Shown piece after piece: positions 25,190 to 32,000 of a stretch of DNA of 32,000 bases; position 1 is the stretch's first letter; each line of letters starts with the position of its first letter. The notes beneath the pieces are model-generated. The model saw nothing but the letters and a program-made list of their open reading frames with translations. It did no database searches and was not told where the DNA came from. Source of the DNA: Trichodesmium erythraeum IMS101 (lineage in GTDB: Bacteria; Cyanobacteriota; Cyanobacteriia; Cyanobacteriales; Microcoleaceae); NCBI RefSeq assembly GCF_000014265.1, contig NC_008312.1:2790001-2822000 (forward strand). The letters run 5' to 3'. The position numbers were made by a program, and so were the translations under genes.

Positions 25190-26408
25190 ATGAATGTTGA
25201 CGTCCTTTCCGGCTTGAAGGCGCGGAGATTTCTACTAAGCTTTAGATCCTTAGCTGGTTGACGTTTTATCGGCTATTGATCTACCCCTATTGCTCCCCTC
25301 GGACCAGGGAGATGCTGGTGGCTTAAGCTTCCCTCCACGTCCATTTTTTATCTGGTGACTGCCCGCCCGCGAATAATAATATATTTATTACTGCGTTTTG
25401 CAAAAAGGTCCTGTTTAGCTCCACAGTTGAGACATTCCTATTCTCTCACTGAAAGGTCTATTTTGCCTGCGGCTGAAACCATAGTATGAGGATATTTTGG
25501 ATGCTGGATCCCTGAGACTAATTACTCTGAAATCACGATCATATTTGTCGCTTTTCCTTTTAGAAGTGTTCTAAATTTTCTCCAACCTTAAATATAATAT
25601 TGCTCTGGATCATTTGCAGTTTTTTACCATATTAGAAACATTTAAATCTGCTAAAACTATTACTTGGTTTTTGTCTTTTATTTTAGGAGATAATTTATGC
25701 AGAAAATCTATCTTAGTATCTTTCAATTTTCTATGAAATTTATCAACTCTAACCTGTACTTTTTCATATTGTTTAGATGTTTGAGTTTTCCTGCGATAAT
25801 GACTTACTTAATTTACCCCTTTTGAAGCTCCTCTAAAAAAGACTATTTTTTATCAGTTTTTTAACGGTTTAGGACCATATTTTTTTTGAATATAGTCGCC
25901 CTAGAAGGGTGAAGCTTTAGAGCAAATTTTTTAGTAATTATCTTAAAAAAAATAATTTTAATTTTTCCAATTTTTACTAAATAAACTTTAGTTAACCAAC
26001 TTTAAAAACACTTTTTTTAAATCTTGTAAATTGTTTTAGCTTTCTACTTTTCAACTTAGGGGTTTTTATGAATTTGCATTTTATTTACCCCTTTTATTGA
26101 TTTTAAAAAGTTTTTATATACCTGGTTTCAATCATTTAAATACTGCTGCAATGAGATACAAGAAATCTCTAACAACTATCCTCTATCTTCAGTTTTTTTT
26201 GCTTGAGTAATTAGCTATTTTGACAAATTGTGATAGACATTATTTTTTCTATCCTAGTTTTTATTTTTCCTGGTAGAAGCCTAAGCTATTATTCCAGATT
26301 AAGTGAAAACACTCAAACAATTGTATGAGTTTTGTCGTTTTATATTTATGTTTTTTGTGTGCACTTCATATTTATACCTAGCCTTCATATTTTACTTGGT
26401 TTTAGCAT
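25190..26408 (-). pseudogene. tnpB: Degraded tnpB (IS200/IS605-family, IS1341-like RNA-guided nuclease gene), no tnpA
   Basis: Reverse-strand fragments, listed from the N-terminal end. MLKPSKI*RL at 26408 matches MLKAYKYRL. LLKQKKTEDRG*LLEISCISLQQYL matches L..LKK....WLKEVSS.ALQQ. SHYRRKTQTSKQYEKVQVRVDKFHRKLKDTKIDFLHKLSPKIKDKNQVIVLADLNVSNMVKNCK* is the RuvC-II region (IVLEDLNV.GM.KN). HPKYPHTMVSAAGKIDLSVRE*ECLNCG is the Zn-ribbon region (PSS..CS.CG...LSVREW.C..CG). AVINIL matches NAAINI. The C-terminal NLRAFKPERTS matches EA.AF..G. Many stops and frameshifts. Confidence 0.8.
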
Positions 26409-27491
26409 GGATAGTAGAACTATAGCATAATAAGTTTGATATGCAACATAATTAAAAAAGGAGACATTCTGTTTCACACTTAAATATAAATTTGTTCTGG
26501 ATAACTAAATACAGAAAAAAGTACTAAGAAAGAAAGGACTAGAGTTGATCAAAGATTTCTGGGAAACTGTAGTTAGTAAAAATAATTTAAAATAATATTA
26601 GAGTTTAATGTGGAGGTTGATTATATTCATTTAGCTATAGGATACTCGCCAAAATTGCCAGTATCTCTCAGATAATAAACCGCTAGTAAACCACCATCTG
26701 AAGAGTTAATAGTAGATTTTATGGAGCAGGAAGATACAAAAAACTCAAAAAAACTAATTTGCTCAATGGATCCCATCTTATTTTGCGCTTCCATTGGAGG
26801 CGCACCTCTGAAAATTATTAAAGATTACATTTGGCATTAATTGTCCCCCACTGAAGGACTATCCCTGATCAGAAACTTCTGAAAATTTTGTTGGAAAAAG
26901 GGAGAAAGAGTATAATTAACAAGGGGAACTAGTTAAGTCTTTAAAAAAACAATGTGCTTAACATAACTTGTCTATTTTTTCAAGTATTATGTTCAGAAAA
27001 ATCTTGATAAAGCATAGCTAAAAGGGGGAAGTTTGATACCCATTTTTTTTATTTACCTTTTTATAATTATAATCTTAAGTATTTCTGAAACGATTGATAG
27101 CTATGAAACTAAATTTTTTGTTTCAGATAAATAACATAAATATACAAATTATGAAAATAATTTTTAAATGATTTTTTGACTGTTTAACTGCTTAGATAGA
27201 GATAAATAGAATTAAATCAAAAGAAAGTCTGTTTAATGAAAAATATTACTTTGTAAGGTGAGACAAATATTTTAACTGAAATAGGATAGCTATATTAGTA
27301 TTCTTATTGATATAATTTTGGCTGCAAAATTTTTTATCTATGAAATAGAAGCAAAAATATTAATCAAATAGTTTAGAAGTGGATAAATATAAAAATTAAA
27401 AATTTAATTATAATGGCAGGTTACAACACATATTTAGTAGTAAATACTATTGTATTTTAAATTATATAGATTTCAGTATAGGTACACTATA

Positions 27492-28064
27492 ATGGTCGCA
27501 GTTAGAAGTTCATTTCCAACCATAAGCAATAAGTCCACAAAAACTAATTTTTCTGTTGCCTCAAAAAAATCAGTTTCCCCACACAAACCAATAGAAAAAA
27601 ACTTATCTGGTGGTAACTATACCTCTCAAGAGGGTAAAAACTTACACAAAATTCAAGAGCAGAACCTGGCTCAAGTTATCTCCCTACCACAGTCCCAACC
27701 ACTTTGGTTAAAATCTTTGATGGTGACACAATTTACTTCGTCCATTGTTACGGTATTATTGGCTACTGCAAGTGTGGCCTTTTACGGCTTAACAATTGCT
27801 GGCCAGTCTAAATGGACGATAGAATATCAAGAGTTAGAAAAACTTAGAAAAAAAGAACAGGAGATAAGTGTTGCTAATGAACTATTAAAAAATTACATAG
27901 CTGAACAGGCATCAACTTCTGAGAGTAGTATAGCTGCAAAAGATTCTGTAAATAGAATATTTTTAGAACCAGCACCTCCACGTCCTGCTCCTAATGCTCC
28001 TCAGCCTTATCTAGAATCTAGTTCAGCTCATAAATATTTTTTCAACACACCAATAGGATATTGA
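27492..28064 (+). CDS. Bitopic membrane protein with periplasmic coiled coil; FtsL/DivIC-like candidate
   Basis: The ORF track starts this ORF at a TTG (27450). The first ATG is at 27492 (MVAVRSSFPT...). There is one TM segment, LMVTQFTSSIVTVLLATASVAFYGLTIAG, followed by the heptad-like EYQELEKLRKKEQEISVANELLKNYIAEQ and a Pro-rich tail, PAPPRPAPNAPQP. It lies upstream of ftsI on the same strand. The function call rests on topology and position only. Confidence 0.55.
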   Translation: MVAVRSSFPTISNKSTKTNFSVASKKSVSPHKPIEKNLSGGNYTSQEGKNLHKIQEQNLAQVISLPQSQPLWLKSLMVTQFTSSIVTVLLATASVAFYGLTIAGQSKWTIEYQELEKLRKKEQEISVANELLKNYIAEQASTSESSIAAKDSVNRIFLEPAPPRPAPNAPQPYLESSSAHKYFFNTPIGY

Positions 28065-28279
28065 AGTTGAACTTAGTACTTAACTATCAATACTATCAAT
28101 ATATATGTTGGAGTTGTTGGGAATTAAACAAAAAAATGGCTAAAATCTAAAATAAGTCACGGTTCATATCATAGTGTTTTCAGGTATAAAATACTGAAAA
28201 CTTTATAGAGTAACTTTTTGAGCATTTTAAATTTTTCCAGACCTAACAACTCTATTACCTAAAACTTGGGTTTAGAGAA

Positions 28280-28545
28280 AACCAAGCCATAAAGCCATAG
28301 TACTGGAAGATTTAGAAATAAAACATATGCTCAAGGATCACAAGCCAGCCTCATACCCTTTGATGGGAGGGTAACAAAAGAGATGGGTAGTGATGCTAAC
28401 TGCGGAGAAATAGTCAGGCCACTAGAGTACTTTGGGAAAGGGAATTAATCAAAATTGATGGATATTTTACTAGTTCCAAAGGTTGCTCTAAATGTGGTCA
28501 TGTAGTAGAAAAATGGGTGGGGCTCGAAGGCTAGTAATACTGCTA
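28280..28545 (+). pseudogene. tnpB: Short tnpB fragment (RuvC-II to Zn-ribbon region)
   Basis: AIVLEDLEIKHMLKDHKPA (28291 onward) matches IVIEDLNVKGMLKNHKLA. LWERELIKIDGYFTSSKGCSKCGHVVEKW (28430-28516) matches YGR.VVKIDRWFPSSKTCS.CGH. The two pieces are in different frames and intervening sequence has been deleted. Confidence 0.65.
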
Positions 28546-28559
28546 AAAGGCAGGTAAAG

Positions 28560-28799
28560 TAAGCTTTCTATGGCTCATTTTTACAAGAAGGCTTCAAATA
28601 TATGGCCAGTGAAAAGCTCTTATATCTTTCTTGTATTCTTGGTGGTCAAATTTCATCGGTCCTATTGTTGGGTTGAGGGCATAAGCCATACAGTAGAAAC
28701 TAAAAATTAAGAGGATGGACTAACTACTTTAGAATTGGACTTACAAGATATTTAGGAAACTGGATATGTTTTTGTGGAAAATACTATGGCCTTGAATGA
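28560..28799 (+). pseudogene. Group II intron maturase fragment abutting the tnpB fragment
   Basis: Frame 28704-28799 reads KLRGWTNYFRIGLTRYLGNWICFCGKYYGLE*, which carries the hallmark maturase motif (L)RGW.NYFR.G. Upstream, YIFLVFLVVKF may derive from the FDFLGF segment. An in-frame TAA sits at 28701. Confidence 0.5.
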
Positions 28800-29233
28800 G
28801 GATCATTGAGATATGATTTTCTAGTCAATTCCCTAATGTTTAATAACTGATGTTATACAAAAATAGAATTAGTTCTTGATTAATGGTTCAGCTCTCAGGT
28901 ATGAGGTTAAGGGTTGCAAATTTGATAAGTTAATAAGGTCTTACTAGCAAATCTATTAATTTTGGTCTATTAAATAACTATAACTTTTTACGTCAATAAT
29001 TTTCAAAGTTTGCTCTCTACCACTAAACCTACTCCTTTGTCGGCGCCAGATTATAATTAGTAAATTATTATTCTAGTATATAGCTTATAGTCAGATTTGC
29101 CTAGGTAATTTTCTAACTCGAAGGGAGTAAAGCGATCAAAACTACTAACTATCTTTGCTCTCTACTACTAAACTAGCAAACCTGAAACTACTAAATTAAC
29201 TTTTATGATCCCCTATTATTATAAATAAAACAA

Positions 29234-31120
29234 ATGGCTTCTTCTGACTCTTCTTCAAATTCTAAACTTCGTCGTAGGTATTTAAAGCGCAAACAAGCGG
29301 AAAAATTTAGTTCTCATCTTAAAAATCAAAGATATCAAGATGAAATATATTCTGTTAGAAATAATGATCACAAATTAGCTTCAACTCCCCCTGATGAAAA
29401 CTCTGAAAAATGTAGAACATCTAGGCTTTACCAAGTCTGGGTGCTTCTGATGTTGGGCTTAGTAGTATTAATAACTAACCTATTTCGTTTACAAATTTTG
29501 CAAGGAAAAGAATTACAAAAGCTAGCTCAAAAACAGCATACCATAGAATCAAATCCTTTTATTCCCAGACGACCAATAGTTGATAGAAATGGGAATCTTT
29601 TAGCAATTGATCAAATAGCATATACTCTCTATGCTCACCCTAAAATTTTTAATCGCCAAAAACAAGAAGTTGCTAATAAGTTGTCAACTGTTCTAGAAGG
29701 AGCAAGTTTAAAGAAAAATCTAACTTCTAATGATTTACTTCAAATGTTTCATCAAAGAGAGACAGGTATAAAAATTGTTGAGTATATACCTCAAGAAACT
29801 GCTAATAAAATTACTGATCTATTTATTGATGGCTTAGAATTAATTCAACACTCACAACGGCTCTATCCTCAGAAGGAATTAGTGGCGGAAATTGTAGGAT
29901 ATGTAGATGGAGAAAGCAAAGGTCAAGCTGGAATTGAGTATAGCCAACAAAATCTTTTAGAGCGCTCTATGGGAGCAATCAAATTTCGGCGCTTAATTAA
30001 AGGTGTTTTGGTACCTGATAAACTAACTAGGGGTTTTTTGCAGTTAGATGACCTTTCCCTTCATTTAACTATTGATTCTCCGTTGCAACGATCAGTACGA
30101 GCTATTTTACAAAAACAGTTAGAAAAGTATGACGCCAAGCGGGGTACTGTCATAGTGATGGATGCTACTGATGGTTCTATATTATCTTTGGTCTCGGAAC
30201 CTTCTTATAATCCTAATAAATACTATAATTATGATGTGACGTTGTTCAAAAATTGGGCTGTAACGGATGTTTATGAACCTGGTTCTACTTTTAAACCAAT
30301 AAATGTGGCTTTGGCTTTGGAGGTAGGAGCAATTGAAGAAGATAGTGTATTTTATGATACAGGAAGGATCAGGTTTGATCGTTGGTCTATATTTAATTCT
30401 GGTGGTGGCGGCGGCGCCCGAACTGTGACTCAAATTATTCAACATTCTAGTAATATCGGTATGGTTAAAATTGTTGAAGAAATGCCGCGCGCTGTTTTTT
30501 ATGATGGTCTCAAACGTTTGGAACTAGATAGTATTACTGGTACGGATTTACCTTTTGAGGCTGCTAATATTTTGAAGGGTAGAAACCAGTTTTTAATGGT
30601 GCCGGTGGAAGCAGCGACTACTGCTTTCGGTCAGGGGTTCTCTCTGACTCCTTTGAAGCTAGCACAGTTACATGCGGCTTTGGCAAATGGGGGAAAGTTG
30701 GTGACGCCTCATGTTGTTCGTGGATTATTTGATAGTAAGAAGCAACCATATTGGCAGTTGCCAATGCGGGAACCTAAACAGGTTTTTTCTGTTGATACGA
30801 CGAGAAAAGTTTTGGCAATGATGGAAAAGGTGGTTGAGAGTGGTACTGGTAAAAGGGCTAGACTACGTGGATATCGCATTGCTGGCAAAACTGGTACGGC
30901 GCAAAAGGCTTCTGATACTGGAGGTTATTCTGATGATGCTCGAATTACTAGTTTTGTGGGTATTTTGCCAATGGAGTCTCCTCGTTATGTGGTTTTGGCT
31001 GTTATTGATGAGCCTATTAAGGGTACTGGGGGAAAGGTTGCTGCTCCTGTTGTTAAGTCGGTGATTAAGTCTTTGATTAATATTGAGCAAATTCCTCCTT
31101 CTTCTATTAGGTCTAAGTGA
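29234..31120 (+). CDS. ftsI: Class B penicillin-binding protein, septal peptidoglycan D,D-transpeptidase (FtsI/PBP3-type)
   Basis: 628 aa. Basic N-terminus, then a TM segment LYQVWVLLMLGLVVLITNLF. PBP dimerisation region: RRPIVDRNGNLLA. Transpeptidase motifs: STFKP (SxxK), HSSNIG (SxN) and AGKTGTA (KTG). Confidence 0.9.
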   Translation: MASSDSSSNSKLRRRYLKRKQAEKFSSHLKNQRYQDEIYSVRNNDHKLASTPPDENSEKCRTSRLYQVWVLLMLGLVVLITNLFRLQILQGKELQKLAQKQHTIESNPFIPRRPIVDRNGNLLAIDQIAYTLYAHPKIFNRQKQEVANKLSTVLEGASLKKNLTSNDLLQMFHQRETGIKIVEYIPQETANKITDLFIDGLELIQHSQRLYPQKELVAEIVGYVDGESKGQAGIEYSQQNLLERSMGAIKFRRLIKGVLVPDKLTRGFLQLDDLSLHLTIDSPLQRSVRAILQKQLEKYDAKRGTVIVMDATDGSILSLVSEPSYNPNKYYNYDVTLFKNWAVTDVYEPGSTFKPINVALALEVGAIEEDSVFYDTGRIRFDRWSIFNSGGGGGARTVTQIIQHSSNIGMVKIVEEMPRAVFYDGLKRLELDSITGTDLPFEAANILKGRNQFLMVPVEAATTAFGQGFSLTPLKLAQLHAALANGGKLVTPHVVRGLFDSKKQPYWQLPMREPKQVFSVDTTRKVLAMMEKVVESGTGKRARLRGYRIAGKTGTAQKASDTGGYSDDARITSFVGILPMESPRYVVLAVIDEPIKGTGGKVAAPVVKSVIKSLINIEQIPPSSIRSK

Positions 31121-31226
31121 GGTTAAGGGTTGAATGTTAAGGTTTTTTAAAGGCTGTAGTAAAACTGCTATGTATTGAGTTATTATGATTACATTGATAT
31201 AAGTAATTCAAAAAACGAACCTAGGA

Positions 31227-31550
31227 ATAGGAAAAAAATCAGTTGTTATTGCTAGCTTTTCTATGGCTTTTAGAATGTCTGCTTAATATGCTCAAGCAGC
31301 TGTTCTAAGTTTTGATTTTAATAGCGGATCAAGTAATTCATCTGGAGGTGACTTGGTTTTTAGGGAAACTAATGGATTTCAAGTGACTTTTTCAGATGAT
31401 CACTCAAATGGATATTCTGGGGGTAATGCTGACTGAGTACATGTTACAAATAGAGGTTATGGCAATGTTAAAGTTGGTCATCCAACGCTGACCTCAACTA
31501 TTTTGGGGGTTAATTTTTTTTGGTTTCATTGCTGTGAGTTGGGGCGGTAA
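31227..31550 (+). pseudogene. Decayed small secreted PEP-CTERM-type protein gene
   Basis: One frame reads (ATA)GKKSVVIASFSMAFRMSA*YAQAAVLSFDFNSGSSNSSGGDLVFRETNGFQVTFSDDHSNGYSGGNAD*VHVTNRGYGNVKVGHPTLTSTILGVNFFWFHCCELGR*. It has a signal-peptide-like start with ATA where ATG is expected. In-frame stops lie at 31284 (TAA) and 31434 (TGA). The C-terminal PTLTSTILGV plus a hydrophobic stretch and a basic end resembles a degraded PEP-CTERM anchor (PEPSTILGL...). Confidence 0.4.
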
Positions 31551-31587
31551 TTTGTTTGGTTTCGTTCTTCAACCCCAACAACTTTTA

Positions 31588-32000
31588 CTAACTAAAGGTT
31601 ATTCCTCCTCCTCCTTCTATCTTGTCAATAAAGACTTGATTTTTAACGTCTCCACCAGCGGCATTACCTTGTTGTACTGTTATTGCGTTGCGAATATTCT
31701 CTTGTGCTTCTAGTTGTATTTTTTCCTTTCCCTCTGCGGGTAAACCTTTGCCTCCACGCAATAATGCTACGGGAAAATCTTCTGTTTGGGAAAAGTCGAA
31801 TATGGGGGTTTGTTCTCCCCCTTGTTGTTGAGCGCTTTGGGGAACGGTTTTTCCTACATGGTGCATTAGGTTGGAAAGGGTGACATATTTGTCTCCTGGT
31901 TTGTTGTCTCCACCTTGTAATGCTTCGAGAAGGTGGTATGTGTAGATGCTCATTGTTTGATCTGAGCGGATCCATGATAACTGGTATCCTGTGGATGAGG
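31588..32000 (-). CDS. Caspase-family (peptidase C14, metacaspase-like) protein, C-terminal part; 5' end beyond the right edge
   Basis: The reverse frame is open from the window edge: SSTGYQLSWIRSDQTMSIYTYHLLEALQGGDNKPGDKYVTLSNLMHHVGKTVPQSAQQQGGEQTPIF. The block (F/Y)TYHLLEAL.GG...G.(I/V)TL..L..YV...V......Q.P is the typical end of bacterial caspase p10-like regions. The ATG chosen by the ORF track (31953) is probably internal. Confidence 0.6.
   Translation of the reverse strand, partial: SSTGYQLSWIRSDQTMSIYTYHLLEALQGGDNKPGDKYVTLSNLMHHVGKTVPQSAQQQGGEQTPIFDFSQTEDFPVALLRGGKGLPAEGKEKIQLEAQENIRNAITVQQGNAAGGDVKNQVFIDKIEGGGGITFS

Noticed and set aside
26721-26840. Small ORFs in the spacer upstream of the FtsL-like gene (39 aa on plus, MEQEDTKNSKKLICSMDPILFCASIGGAPLKIIKDYIWH; about 58 aa on minus ending ...DGGLLAVYYLRDTGNFGEYPIAK)
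   Set aside because: They mutually overlap and have no RBS or family resemblance I can name. They lie in a region otherwise full of decay products.
27450-27491. TTG-initiated 14-codon extension of the FtsL-like ORF (MYFKLYRFQYRYTI)
   Set aside because: The extension is AT-rich, Tyr/Phe-biased sequence without an upstream RBS. The first ATG at 27492 gives a sensible N-terminus. The longer start is only noted as an alternative.
28901-31135. The identical 15-mer tgaggttaagggttg occurs both 330 bp upstream of ftsI (28902) and across its stop codon (31119)
   Set aside because: A single shared 15-mer within 32 kb is about what chance predicts, and the flanking sequence shows no extended similarity.
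31664-31975. Alternative-frame ORFs at the right edge (31664-31975-, 31683-31883+)
   Set aside because: They overlap the caspase-like frame, which has recognisable family motifs and remains open to the window edge. The alternative frames encode Arg/Pro/Thr-rich low-complexity sequence.

Overview
Low-GC chromosomal window from a cyanobacterium. HIP1 octamers (GCGATCGC) occur at 2079, 2864, 3287, 14405, 21277 and 21313, and the gene content is typically cyanobacterial. Intact genes are mostly housekeeping: a partial LivJ-like substrate-binding protein (left edge), an Aas-like acyl-ACP/CoA synthetase, a YlqD-like coiled-coil protein, pyruvate dehydrogenase E2, an MDR oxidoreductase, a conserved hypothetical, gnd, glgB, an FtsL-like bitopic protein, ftsI and a partial caspase-family gene (right edge). 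By my tally of the listed CDS coordinates only about 62% of the window is intact coding sequence. By hand translation, five of the long AT-rich spacers (821-2814, 11642-12721, 24842-27449, 28065-29233, 31121-31587) contain decayed gene or mobile-element debris. This debris includes a Ser/Thr kinase remnant, partial duplicates of the substrate-binding gene, two tnpB (IS200/IS605-type) remnants, two group II intron RT/maturase remnants and a small PEP-CTERM gene with in-frame stops. Low GC, HIP1, low coding density and abundant tnpB and group II debris suggest a Trichodesmium-like filamentous cyanobacterium, but that is inference only. The most unusual element is a 6.2-kb, 2062-codon ORF (14987-21175). 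It encodes an acidic N-terminus with no signal peptide, two PPC domains, a reprolysin-like metzincin core (HEIGHNLGLAHD plus Met-turn), 14 tandem 95/96-aa Ig-like repeats and a Tyr/Asp-rich tail. Seven consecutive 288-nt repeat units appear to differ by a single nucleotide. This gene is convergent with a second, small membrane-anchored metzincin. I found no defence system, CRISPR array, tRNA or rRNA gene, and no intact mobile element. I cannot support a claim of a new multi-gene system. The giant repeat protease and a few unexplained non-coding structures are the items worth follow-up.
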